From the NCBI GenBank assembly GCA_963808455.1, contig CAWEHT010000216.1:1-58906 (forward strand): a DNA stretch of 58,906 nt. The letters run 5' to 3'. The translations under genes were made by a program, and so were the position numbers. Below the pieces are notes generated by a model. That model worked only from the letters and a program-made list of their open reading frames with translations, made no database searches and was not told the origin of the DNA. The stretch comes from an uncultured Chloroflexia bacterium. Its GTDB lineage: Bacteria; Chloroflexota; Anaerolineae; CG2-30-64-16. Position 1 is the stretch's first letter. Each line of letters starts with the position of its first letter. Positions 28,601-38,718 of the stretch are shown in pieces.

Positions 28601-31600
28601 GGCTGCCCCCGGACCACTTTCAAGAGTCGCCACGCGGCACCGTGGCCCCGTATACTTCTCCCACCAATATCGGTCTCCTGCTGCTCTCCACGCTATCCGC
28701 CTACGACCTGGGCTACATCGGCCTCACTGCCCTAGTGGCCCGCCTGAGCTCAACCTTTGAGAGCCTGGCGCGCCTGGAACGCTTCCGGGGGCACTTCCTG
28801 AACTGGTACGATACCCGCAGCCTGGAGCCATTGTTGCCGCGTTATGTTTCGACGGTCAACAGCGGCAATCTTGGCGCTTGCCTGTGCATCCTCGGCCAGG
28901 CCTGCCAGCACATCGCGAGCACGCCGGTGCTGCGCTGGCAACGCTGGGAGGGGATCGCCGATACCTTCACCCTGCTGGACGATTTCGTGCGTGATCTGGA
29001 AACGGCGAAGAATATCTCGGCGGCCGGGGAGCTGCGGGCGTTGGCCAGGGAGTTGCGTGAGCACGTGCTGGGTGTCAAAGCCGCCCCGGAGGCCTGGCTG
29101 CCGGCGCTGGACTATGTAGCCGGTGAAGGGCGGCAGCGCCTGGAAGCGCTGCTGACGCGCCTGGTGGAGCAAAACGCGGCGACCCTGGGCACTGCGGCGC
29201 TGGGTGGCCTCCGCATCGCAGCCGGTCGCATCAGCGACCAGTTCGTCACGTTCCGGCGCTACATCGACATGCTCTTGCCGGGGCTGTTGCTGTTTGGCCG
29301 GCCCCCACAACTATTCCGCAACACGGGCACACTGATCGAGCTGGACGATTCTTACCGCGCCCTGGTCGCCGCGCTGCCTGCCAATCAGACGCTCGACCAA
29401 ACGCCGGGGAGGTGCGCGGCCGCCCGCATCGCCCTGGCGCAACTGCAAGAGGCGCTGGGCCGGCTATCTCCTGAGTCAGCCAGCGCACCCCAGCTCGACG
29501 AGGCTCGGGCCTGGTGTCGAACCTTTGGCGAGAAGCTGGCCACTGCCGAGATCCTGGCTGAGGACCTGCTGGCCGGATTGCGCGACATCGACCGCCTGGC
29601 CGAAGCCTATTTCCAGGAAATGGATTTCGCTTTCCTGTTCGATCCGCAGCGGCAGGTGTTCCACATCGGGTACAATGCGACCGCCGGCAAGCTGGACGGC
29701 AATTTCTACGACTTGCTGGCCTCCGAAGCGCGCATCGCCAGCCTGGTGGCGCTGGCGAAACATGAGGTGCCGCGCAGCCATTGGCTGCACCTGGGCCGGC
29801 CGATCACCCGGGTCGACGGCACGCGGGCGCTGCTCTCCTGGAGCGCGACCATGTTCGAATACCTGATGCCGAGCCTCTTCATGCGCAGCTACAGGGGCAC
29901 GTTGCTGCACGAAAGCGCCATGGCTGCAGTCAGAGCTGCAGATCGCCTATGCCCGGCGTAAGGGCGTGCCCTGGGGCATCTCCGAGTCGGGTTACTATGC
30001 CTTCGATCCCACGATGAACTACCAGTACCGCGCCTTCGGTGTACCGGGGCTGGGCTTCAAGCGCAACCTGGCCGAGGATCTGGTCGTCACACCTTACGCC
30101 TCGCTGCTCGCCCTGCCCTTCGAGCCGCAGGCCGTCGCCCAGAATCTCAAACGCCTCGAAGGGCTTGGGGCGCTTGGCGTGTATGGCCTCTACGAGGCGC
30201 TCGACTTTACGCCTTCCCGCCTGCCGCTCGGCCAGGAACGCGCCCTGGTGCAGGAATACATGGCACACCACCAGGGCATGATCCTGGTGGCTCTCGACAA
30301 CTACCTGTCAGCGCTCTCTTCGGGGCAGGACGGGTTGATGATCCGGCGTTTTGAATCTGACCCACGTCTGCAAAGTGTGGACCTGTTGCTGCAAGAGCGC
30401 GTGCCGGCGGACGTTCCCCTCGAGTACCCTCAGCCGGGTGACCTGGTGCTCACCCGGCGCTCTGTGCCGCCGGTCATCGCCTTGCCCTGGGCCGTGCCGG
30501 CTCAAGGCGCGCCCGCGCCGCACGTCCACTACCTTTCGAATGGGCATTACAGCCTGCTGATTACCGCCAGTGGCGGCGGGGTCAGTCGTTGGGGCGATTT
30601 GGACCTGACCCGCTGGCGCGCCGATACCACGCTTGACGATTGGGGAACCTGGCTCTACGTGCAGGACCGCGACAGCGGGGCGTTATGGTCCGCCGCTTAC
30701 CAACCCACCGGCGCGCGGCCGTCTGCCAGCGACGTCCGTTTTTATGCGCATAAGGCCGAATTCCGGCGCACCGATGACGAGGTCGCGCTGACGATGGAGA
30801 TCGCCGTCGCCCCCGATGATGACGTCGAGATCCGGCGCATCACGCTGCACAATCAGGGTCAGCGCCCGCGCCGGCTGGCGCTGACCAGCTACGGCGAGGT
30901 TGTCATGGCCGCGCCGCCGGCCGATCAACGCCACGCAGCCTTCAACAAGCTCTTCATCGAGAGCGAGTATCTTCCCGAGCTCAGTGCGCTGCTGTTCCGT
31001 CGCCGGCCGCGGGCCGAGAGCGAGGCCCCGGTCTTTCTAGCGCATCTGGCGCTCGGAGCCGGCGACAGGCGGGCGCCGGCGGGCGGCCACCAGACAGGAC
31101 GCGCGCGACCGGCAACAGCATGTATGAGAGCGACCGGCGCGCTTCCTGGGTTTGGGCCAGGGTGGGGTTCGCTCCCCGGCGGCGCTGCTGCCCCGCACAG
31201 ACCAGGGGGCCCCCGGCGGGCTAAGCGGCACAGTGGGAGCCACGCTCGACCCGATCATGTCTCTGCAGCAGCGGTGTCAACCTGCAACCGGGCCAGACCG
31301 TGCAACTGGCATTCCTGACCCTGGCCGCCGACTCACGCGCGAAGTTGCTGGAGGTAGCCGGACGTTACCAGGGCTGGCAGGCCATCGAACACGCCATAGG
31401 CCAGGCTCGCTCGTGGGCCGAGCTGGAGTTGCGCCAGTCGAGCCTATCTACCGTAGAGCTGGAGCGCATCCAGACGCTGCTATCCGCTCTGCTCTACCCC
31501 CAGCCGGCGCTGCGCGCCGCATCCGCCACGCTGGCAGCCAACACCCGCGGCCAGCCCGGCCTGTGGGCTTATGGCATCTCGGCGATTATCCGATCCTGCT

Positions 31601-34432
31601 GGTGCGCATCGCCACAGAAGAAGGTTTGCCGGTCATCCAAGAACTGCTGCAGGCGCAGGCTTACTGGCGCAAGCGCGGCTTGAAGATCGACCTCGTGATC
31701 CTGGACCAGCAGCAGGCCGGCTACAACGACGACTTGCGCGACCAGATCGATCGCTTGCTGACCCTGGCCCACAGCGATATCTGGCTCAACCAGCACGGCG
31801 GGATCTTCATCCTGAACCCGGGTCAAACGAATGAAGCCAACCGGATCCTCCTCGAGGCGGCCGCCCGGGTGGCCCTGGAGGCCGACCAGAACGGCCTGGC
31901 CGCGCAAGTGAACGCGCCGCGTCGCCAGCCGGAGCCACTGCCGCCCTTCGCGCCCGAACGGCCTATCGTGGCGGACGACGAAAAACCTCTTCTACCCGTG
32001 GCCCGCCCGGCCGGGCTGGCCTTCGATAATGAGCTGGGCGGATTCAGTTCGGACGGCCGCGAGTACGTGCTTTACCTCGATCGGGGCCAGCAGCCACCGG
32101 CCCCCTGGGTCAACGTGGTGGCTAACGCGGAGTTTGGCTTCCTGGTGTCCGAGTCGGGCAGCGGCTACACCTGGGCGCTGAACAGCGGCGAGAACCGCCT
32201 GACCCCGTGGTCCAACGACCCGGTCACGGACCGGCCCGGCGAGGCCCTCTACCTGCGTGACGAAGAGACGGCCGAAGTCTGGTCGCCGACGCCGCAACCG
32301 TGCGGAGCCAGGGCTCCCTACCTGGTGCGGCACGGCGCAGGCTACAGCGTTTTCGAACATCATAGCCACGGGTTACGCCAACGGCTGCGCCTGTTCGTGC
32401 CTCCTGAGGCCCCGGTCAAGATCATTCAGCTGCGGCTCGAGAACGCCACGCAACGCCCCCGGCGCATCACTGCTACCTTCTATGCGGAATGGGTGCTCGG
32501 CGTCACGCGTGAAACCACCGCCCAGTTTGTCATACCCGAGTTCGATGACGGCAGCCAGGCGCTGCTGGTGCGCAACGTCTGGCAGCCTGAGTTCGGTGGG
32601 CGAGTCGCCTTTGCCGCCGCCAGCAAGCGCCTCCACGGCCTGACTGCAGATCGCAGCGAATTCCTGGGGCGGCTGGGCAGCCTGGCACAACCTGCGGCGT
32701 TGGGCCGCATCGGCCTGAGCAGCAGGGTCCAGGCCGGCCTCGACCCTTGTGCCGCGCTGCAACTGCACATCGACTTGCCGCCGGGAGGCAGCGAAGAAGT
32801 GTGGTTCCTGTTGGGCCAGGGTGCCGACCGCGCCGAAGCGGTGGCACTGGCCACGCGCTTCCAGGACCCGGACCAGGTCCAGCGTGCCTGGCAGGCCGCC
32901 AATGACCTTTGGGACCATCTGCTCGGTGCGGTGCAGGTCCACACCCCGGATCCCGCCATGGACCTGCTGCTGAATCGCTGGCTGCTGTACCAGAGCCTGT
33001 CGTGCCGGATCTGGGGCCGGTCGGCCTTCTATCAACCCAGCGGCGCATTTGGCTTCCGCGACCAGCTGCAGGATGTCATGGCGTTGGTCCACGCCGCGCC
33101 CGAGCTGGCGCGCCGGCACATCCTGGTAGCAGCCGGGCGCCAGTTCGAGGCGGGCGATGTGCTCCACTGGTGGCACCCCCCTTCAGGCCGCGGGGTGCGG
33201 ACACGCTGCTCAGATGACCTGCTGTGGCTGCCCTTCGTCACTGCTCATTACGTCGAAGCCACCGGCGACGAAACCATCCTGGACGAGCGGATGCCGTTCT
33301 TGCAGGCCGTCCCGTTGGCTACCGGCGAGGAGGATCGTTACGGCGAGTATGGGGCCGCCGAGAGAAGTGCCACCCTATACGAGCATTGTCGCCGGGCACT
33401 CGAACGAGGCACGACGGCCGGCGGCCACGGTCTGCCCCTGATGGGCAGCGGCGATTGGAACGACGGCATGAACCGGGTGGGCGCCGGGGGCCGCGGGGAG
33501 AGCGTCTGGCTGGGCTGGTTCCTGCATGCCACGCTGTCGCGGTTCGCCGCGATCTGCGAGCGCCGCGCCGATGCCGGCCAGGCCGCCGCCTATCGACAGC
33601 GAGCGGAGGCGTTGAGGCAGGCGCTGGAGCGAAACGGCTGGGACGGCGGCTGGTACCTGCGCGCCTTCTACGACGACGGCACACCCCTCGGCTCGGCCCA
33701 GGACGCCGAGTGCCGGATCGACAGCCTCGCCCAATCGTGGGCGGTGTTATCGCGGGCGGGTGAGCCGGGCCGCGCCGTGCAAGCCATGGATGCAGTGCAG
33801 CGTCTCCTGGTGCGACCCGATGACCACCTGGTCTTGCTCTTCACGCCGCCACTCGACAAGACCCCGCGCGATCCGGGCTACATCAAAGGCTACCTGCCCG
33901 GCATCCGCAGAACGGCGGCCAGTACACGCACGCAGCGCTGTGGAGCGCCTGGGCCTTTGCCGAGCTGGGGCAGCCTGAGACGGCAGAGGGGGTCTTCCGG
34001 CTGCTCAACCCAATCTACCATACGGACACGCGTGCCAAGGTGGAGCAGTACAAAGTCGAGCCTTACGTGATAGCCGGCGATGTTTACGGCATGGCACCGC
34101 ATACCGGGAGGGGCGGCTGGACCTGGTACACCGGCTCGGCTGCCTGGATGTACCGGTTAGGGCTGGAAGGCATCCTGGGGCTGCATCGCGCCGGCGCCGG
34201 CCTGGTGATCGAGCCGCATATCCCTGCCGGCTGGCCGGGATACGATGTCACCTATCGATACGGCCGGGCGACCTACCGTATTTGTGTGCACAACGACGCG
34301 CCTGCGGGCGGGGATGCTGCACCCGGTATCACACTCGATGGCACGCCCATACCGGGCAATCTGTTGGCGCTGCGCGATGATGGCGAGACGCACCAGGTAC
34401 AGATCGCCCTGAGGGGGAGCGGCGCTCAGTAG
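25656..34432 (+). pseudogene. cyclic beta-1,2-glucan synthase-like giant gene (Cgs/NdvB/ChvB type: glycosyltransferase + GH94-like phosphorylase), at least 10 frame breaks
   Basis: Track ORFs 25602, 26410, 26522, 26637, 27982, 29966, 31300, 31152 and 34040 read together as one protein of about 2,900 codons. Blocks: AEWMLDNFYLARQSL..GYPRIYDVAQQLV; TM block; VITLDADTILGRDSARQLIGTLAHPLN; RRWTRGDWQLLPWLL; PNDHWLPPDHFQESPRGTVAPYTSPTNIGLLLLS; GVPWGISESGYYAF; FRDQLQDVMALVHAAPELARRHIL; [27 protein letters not shown]; NGGQYTHAALWSAWAF; GRGGWTWYTGSAAWMYR. Confidence 0.8.
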
Positions 34433-34450
34433 ATCTCATACGCTAAACGC

Positions 34451-34551
34451 CATACAGCAAAAAGCAAGGGCCGCCGCGAGAAGCGGCCCTTTTGCTGCCC
34501 CAAATTCTATCGTTTGCGCTGATGGCAGAGAGGCAGATTTCGGCTACGCTA
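34451..34551 (+). promoter_or_regulatory. conserved 101-nt intergenic element, copy A (upstream of glsB-like gene)
   Basis: CATACAGCA..(92 nt from box start to box start)..GCTACGCTA. The 3' half is near-identical to copies at 47349-47449 and 50174-50274. Its 5' part contains the terminator of the cgs-like gene. Confidence 0.6.
34466..34493 (+). terminator. intrinsic terminator after the cgs-like gene
   Basis: AAGGGCCGC-cgcgagaa-GCGGCCCTT followed by a T-run (34490-34493). Confidence 0.6.
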
Positions 34552-34648
34552 CTGATCAGGAAAAGAGGGTTCATCCAGGCCCCCAACGGGACAATCAGCC
34601 TCCCATAGCAGGTCTGGAACTGGCCTCGTAAGAAAGAAGGGTAGAACA

Positions 34649-34918
34649 ATGGGTCTCCTTGCTTGGATCGTCGTTGGGTTGGTAGCCGGCTGGTTGGCCA
34701 GCCAGGTGATGCGCGGTGGTGGCTACGGTCTCATCGGTGATGTCATCGTGGGCGCCTTGGGAGCATTGTTGGGTGGCTTCCTGGCCTCAACGTTCTTACA
34801 CATACCGGACGCGGTAAGCGGGATCAATGTCACGACTATCATCGTGGCCTTCGCCGGCGCAGTGATTCTGCTCGGCATCCTGCGGGCTATGTCTCCTGCC
34901 CGCCGCAGGGTGTTCTAA
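34649..34918 (+). CDS. GlsB/YeaQ/YmgE-family stress membrane protein (transglycosylase-associated protein), paralog 1
   Basis: 89 aa, MGLLAWIVVGLVAGWLASQVMRGGGYGLIGDVIVGALGALLGGFLAS.. Confidence 0.85.
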   Translation: MGLLAWIVVGLVAGWLASQVMRGGGYGLIGDVIVGALGALLGGFLASTFLHIPDAVSGINVTTIIVAFAGAVILLGILRAMSPARRRVF

Positions 34919-34979
34919 GATCGAGCGAAGCCGGACAGCCCGCGCGTAGCGATGCGCCATTTCACCAACCTGGAGGGAT

Positions 34980-35186
34980 ATGATGTCAAGCAACAAACAG
35001 AGGGCCAAAGATGCGGTCCATGACATGAAGAACACTATGAAGGACGCCGCTCACGACGTGAAGAACAGGGCGAAGGATGCCGCTCACGACGCGAAGAACG
35101 ACGTCAAGGATGCCGCTCACGATGCGAAGAACGATGCCAAGGACTCCGCTCGCGAGGCCCAGCGCACGAAAGCGGCCAAGAAATAG
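34980..35186 (+). CDS. small hydrophilic LEA-like repeat protein
   Basis: 68 aa with a GGAGGG Shine-Dalgarno. Five tandem 11-residue units: KDAVHDMKNTM / KDAAHDVKNRA / KDAAHDAKNDV / KDAAHDAKNDA / KDSAREAQRTK. Confidence 0.65.
   Translation: MMSSNKQRAKDAVHDMKNTMKDAAHDVKNRAKDAAHDAKNDVKDAAHDAKNDAKDSAREAQRTKAAKK
35007..35171 (+). repeat. five tandem 33-nt coding repeats inside the LEA-like gene
   Basis: AAGGAYGCCGCTCACGAYGYGAAGAAC.. repeated head to tail and in frame. Confidence 0.8.
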
Positions 35187-35216
35187 CCATTCTTCTGCAA
35201 GGAACGGTGGCAGGGA

Positions 35217-35242
35217 GGCGGCAGAGCGAGCGTTCTGCCGCC
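35217..35242 (+). terminator. hairpin between the LEA-like gene and glsB paralog 2
   Basis: GGCGGCAGA-gcgagcgt-TCTGCCGCC, a 9-bp stem with no U-tract. Terminator or attenuator candidate. Confidence 0.3.
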
Positions 35243-35261
35243 TCGAGGGAAGGGTAAGATC

Positions 35262-35534
35262 ATGGGTATTCTCGCTTGGATCGTGGTTGGGTTGATCGCC
35301 GGTTGGTTGGCCAGCCAGGTCATGCGCGGTGGTGGCTACGGCCTCATCGGCGACATCATCGTGGGCGCGGTAGGTGCTGTGATCGGGGGCTTCCTGGCCT
35401 CAACATTCTTGCACATGCCGGACGCAGTAAACGGGATCAACGTCACCAGCATCATCGTGGCCTTCGTCGGCGCGGTGATCCTGGTTGGCATCCTGCGGGC
35501 TATTGCTCCCGCCCGGCGCCGCAGGCTGTTCTAG
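35262..35534 (+). CDS. GlsB/YeaQ/YmgE-family stress membrane protein, paralog 2
   Basis: 90 aa, MGILAWIVVGLIAGWLASQVMRGGGYGLIGDIIVGAVGAVIGGFLAS.. Confidence 0.85.
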   Translation: MGILAWIVVGLIAGWLASQVMRGGGYGLIGDIIVGAVGAVIGGFLASTFLHMPDAVNGINVTSIIVAFVGAVILVGILRAIAPARRRRLF

Positions 35535-35652
35535 GAGCGAATAGAATTGATGCCTCTGCCTTTCTGCTCAAGGGCTGTCCTATGTGGGTGAGCTTTCATC
35601 GGTCCGTATATCCGGGACGTGCTGACCGAGGGCGCTCCGGCAGGAGGCAACT

Positions 35653-36009
35653 ATGATGGTCGGTATCTGGATCCGGAAGGCGACCGGGGTCATGTGGCCC
35701 ATGGCCCTGGTGCGCGTGCTTTTCTGGCTGGCGCTCTGCTTGCTGATCGGGGCACTTTTGCCGGCGGCAGTTGCGGCGCTGGGCAACGAGGGTCCCTCGC
35801 GGCATGTGGGCATAACAGCCGCAGCCACGCCGGTGGTGCAATCCGCGACCTACCGGTATGCCGGCCAGCCGGACGGAACGACCGCGGTGCAACGCAGCCA
35901 GGGCAGGGGCCTCACCTGGACAATTCCTGCGCTGGCTACGCTGCTGGGCGTGGCAATACTGGCAGCCATGGTCACGCTGGGCTGGAAGGCGGCCGCGGCC
36001 GCCCCTTAA
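35653..36009 (+). CDS. small two-TM membrane protein with a single BNR/Asp-box-like module
   Basis: 118 aa with an AGGAGG Shine-Dalgarno 6 nt upstream. ..TYRYAGQPDGTTAVQRSQGRGLTW.. parallels ..TYVYRAANQPDGTARVERR.. at the N-terminus of the BNR/HEAT protein (43070..44796). Confidence 0.5.
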   Translation: MMVGIWIRKATGVMWPMALVRVLFWLALCLLIGALLPAAVAALGNEGPSRHVGITAAATPVVQSATYRYAGQPDGTTAVQRSQGRGLTWTIPALATLLGVAILAAMVTLGWKAAAAAP

Positions 36010-36023
36010 GGGACCTCAGAACT

Positions 36024-36202
36024 ATGAAGTGGCTTATGCTATCTGTCCCTGCCTTGGCGATGACGGTCCTGGGCCTACTGGCAGCGCTGGTGCTGACGAC
36101 AATCTGGCATGAGCTGGGACATCTCGTTGTAGCCTGGCTTTTGGGTGTTCCTGTCAGGCTGCTCGCTCGGCCTGGGGCCCGCCGTCTGGCGGCGCAACCT
36201 AT
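36024..36202 (+). pseudogene. M50/RseP-like site-2 protease, N-terminal remnant
   Basis: MKWLMLSVPALAMTVLGLLAALVLTTIWHELGHLVVAWLLGVPVRLL, then after a 1-nt shift SLGLGPAVWRRNL* (compare RseP HEFGH..GVRVERFSIGFGKALWRR). It ends 4 nt before the ftsH stop on the other strand. Confidence 0.45.
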
Positions 36203-36205
36203 AAC

Positions 36206-38227
36206 TCAGGGGAGCGATCCCGAGAACGTCGGGTCATGGCCGTTGGGCGCAGGCCGTTTTGGCTGCCGTGGCACGATCTGCCCGAGCTGCGCCTTGTGCC
36301 GCTCTCGACCTTGTTCGTGCCACAGGTTGGCATCTTGCCACGGCTCGACCTTGGGCGCCGGGCTGGCGTCCTGCGTCGGGTTGCCACCTTCGGGCCCGTT
36401 GCCATCTTCGGCCAGCATGGCCGCCACCTCGCTGCCGTTGACCGTCTCGTGCTCGCACAGGCGCTCGGCCAGCCGGTCGAGGGTCGCCCGATGGGCGGCC
36501 AACAGCGCCGACGCCTCATCGAGCGCACCTTCGACCAGGCGCCGCGTCTCGGCATCCACCTGCCCCGCCGTCTCCTGGCTGACCCGGCTGTCCAGCCCGA
36601 ACGGCGCGCCCAGGTAGGCGGCCTGCGGGTCGCCGGCCAGGCGCACCGGCCCGAGCGCCGGGCTCATGCCAAACTCGGTGGCCATACGCCGGGCCAGGTC
36701 GGTGGCGCGCGCCAGGTCGTCGGTGGCACCCGTTGACACCTCGTCGAAGGTCAGCGCCTCCGCGGCCCGCCCACCCAGCATCACCGCCAGCCGGGCCCCC
36801 AGCTCGCTCTGGCTCAACAAATAGCGGTCCTCGATGGGCCGCTGGATGGTATAGCCCAGCGCCCGCCCGCGCGGCACGATGGTCACCTTGTGCACCGGGT
36901 CGGTGCCGGGCAGCAGGGTCGCCACCAGGGCGTGGCCCGCCTCATGCACTGCCACGGTCTGCTTTTCCCAGGCGTTCATGGCTCGCGTGCGCCGTTCCGA
37001 ACCGGCGACCACCCGCTCGATGGCCTCGTCGAAGTCGGCCATCTCCACTCCCGCCTTGTCCTGGCGGGCCGCGGCCAGCGCGGCCTGGTTCACCACGTTC
37101 TCCAGGTCGGCGCCCGAGAAGCCCGGCGTGATGCGGGCCACGGCCGGCAGATCCACATCCGCGGCCAGGGTCACCGGCCGCGCATGGATGCTCAGGATCT
37201 CCTGCCGGCCCACCAGGTCCGGTAGGTCCACCGTGATCTGGCGGTCGAAGCGACCCGGCCGCAACAAGGCGGGATCGAGCACCTCAGGCCGGTTGGTGGC
37301 CGCCATCACGATGACGCCGTGCTGCGACTCGAAGCCGTCCATCTCGGCCAGCAGCTGGTTCAGGGTCTGTTCCCGCTCCTCATGCGCGCCCATGGCGCCG
37401 GCGCCGGCCCGCCGCCCGCCGATGGCGTCGAGCTCGTCGATAAAGATGATGCTCGGGGCGGCCCTCTTGGCCTGCTCGAACAGGTCGCGCACGCGCGAGG
37501 CGCCCACCCCCACGAACATCTCGACAAATTCCGAGGCACTGACCGAGAAGAAGGGCGCCCGCGCTTCGCCGGCCGTGGCCTTGGCCAGCAGCGTCTTGCC
37601 CGTGCCCGGCGAGCCGACCAGGATCACGCCCTTGGTCATCCTGCCCCCCAACCGCTGGAAACGGGCCGGGTCCTTGAGGTACTCGGTGATCTCGCGCAGC
37701 TCGTCCACCGCCTCGCCGGCCCCACCCACATTCTTGAAGGTCACCCCGGTCTGCTCGCCCCGGATGACCCGCGCTTTGCTCTTGCCGAAGGAGAAAATAC
37801 CTCCGGGGCCGCCCGCACCGCCCGCCGCCCCGCGTAGGCTCTTGAGCATGAAGTAGCCGAAGGCGCCCAGCAGGACGAGCGGCAGCACCCAGCCCAGGAA
37901 GGCCAGGATGCCGCCGTTGCCGGTAGCCTGGCCGCTGGTATTGACCTTGTTCGTTTCGAGATCCGCCAGCAGGTGCGGGTCATCCACCCGTAGGCTGGAA
38001 TAGCCTTTGCCGCTGGCCAATAGGCCGGAGATCTGGTCGGCGCTCACCGTGGCGGTCTTGATTTGCCCGGCAGCCAGGGCCGCCTTGAAGTCGGTGTAGC
38101 TCATCACGGTATTGGACGGAAAGAGCGACCCGGCCACCAGTGGCCAGGCCAGCATGACGGCCAGCATCAGCGGCAGCAGGTACACGAGCGGGGACCGGAC
38201 CCTGCGACCCGGCAAGTTTCTGTTCAT
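36206..38227 (-). CDS. ftsH: ATP-dependent zinc metalloprotease FtsH
   Basis: Uninterrupted 673-aa ORF with two N-terminal TM helices. Walker [14 protein letters not shown], Walker [13 protein letters not shown] ..[20 protein letters not shown].., zinc site HEAGHAL. Confidence 0.95.
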   Translation of the reverse strand: MNRNLPGRRVRSPLVYLLPLMLAVMLAWPLVAGSLFPSNTVMSYTDFKAALAAGQIKTATVSADQISGLLASGKGYSSLRVDDPHLLADLETNKVNTSGQATGNGGILAFLGWVLPLVLLGAFGYFMLKSLRGAAGGAGGPGGIFSFGKSKARVIRGEQTGVTFKNVGGAGEAVDELREITEYLKDPARFQRLGGRMTKGVILVGSPGTGKTLLAKATAGEARAPFFSVSASEFVEMFVGVGASRVRDLFEQAKRAAPSIIFIDELDAIGGRRAGAGAMGAHEEREQTLNQLLAEMDGFESQHGVIVMAATNRPEVLDPALLRPGRFDRQITVDLPDLVGRQEILSIHARPVTLAADVDLPAVARITPGFSGADLENVVNQAALAAARQDKAGVEMADFDEAIERVVAGSERRTRAMNAWEKQTVAVHEAGHALVATLLPGTDPVHKVTIVPRGRALGYTIQRPIEDRYLLSQSELGARLAVMLGGRAAEALTFDEVSTGATDDLARATDLARRMATEFGMSPALGPVRLAGDPQAAYLGAPFGLDSRVSQETAGQVDAETRRLVEGALDEASALLAAHRATLDRLAERLCEHETVNGSEVAAMLAEDGNGPEGGNPTQDASPAPKVEPWQDANLWHEQGRERHKAQLGQIVPRQPKRPAPNGHDPTFSGSLP

Positions 38228-38301
38228 TAGCGATCTCCCCTATTTCTCCAGGGCGGATGGGCCAGTGTTTCTGGTGTGCAACGAACCCGGCGGATCACGA
38301 C

Positions 38302-38718
38302 TTACGCTCGCTTGAGGCCATCTTGTGCTGTCAACGCTGCCAGCAGCTCGGTCGTGGGACAGCCCTTGAGCAAAAAGGCGTCTGCTCCAGACTCCAGCGC
38401 CGCCGCGCGCGCCGTGGCATACATCGTCAGCACCACGATCCTGATCTCCGGCCACCGGCTCTTGATGATCCTGATTGCGGTCATGCCATCCAGCCTGGGC
38501 ATATGCAGCTCCATCACCACGACATCGGGGTGCAGCAGTTCTACCTGTTCGATCGCCACTTGGCCATCGCCGGCTTCGCCTACGGTCTCGATCAGGGCCT
38601 CGCCTTCCTCGCTGCAGCCGTTGCGGCTCCAACGCATCGCAGTCAGCAGAGCTCGCAGGCTGCGCCGGGCCCTGGCCTGGTCGTCGGCAATCAGCACGTG
38701 GGTTACTTTTTTGTCCAT
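38302..38718 (-). CDS. receiver-only response regulator (CheY-like)
   Basis: 138 aa. ..VLIADDQ.., ..PDVVVMELHMPRLDGM.., ..VVLTMY.., ..ADAFLLKG... No output domain. It overlaps the upstream PRC/BON gene by 16 nt. Confidence 0.75.
   Translation of the reverse strand: MDKKVTHVLIADDQARARRSLRALLTAMRWSRNGCSEEGEALIETVGEAGDGQVAIEQVELLHPDVVVMELHMPRLDGMTAIRIIKSRWPEIRIVVLTMYATARAAALESGADAFLLKGCPTTELLAALTAQDGLKRA

Noticed and set aside
35007-35171. Regular 33-nt tandem repeats that could superficially suggest a CRISPR-like or VNTR array.
   Set aside because: The repeats are contiguous with no spacers, in frame, and encode an 11-residue protein repeat inside an ORF with its own Shine-Dalgarno. No CRISPR array is present anywhere in the window.
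35619-36617. 332-aa ORF that starts before the M50-like HELGH segment and runs 400 nt antisense into ftsH.
   Set aside because: Only the first ~59 codons from 36024 resemble a protease. Beyond 36206 the frame is simply the open antisense of ftsH. I treat it as a truncated remnant at 36024..36202.
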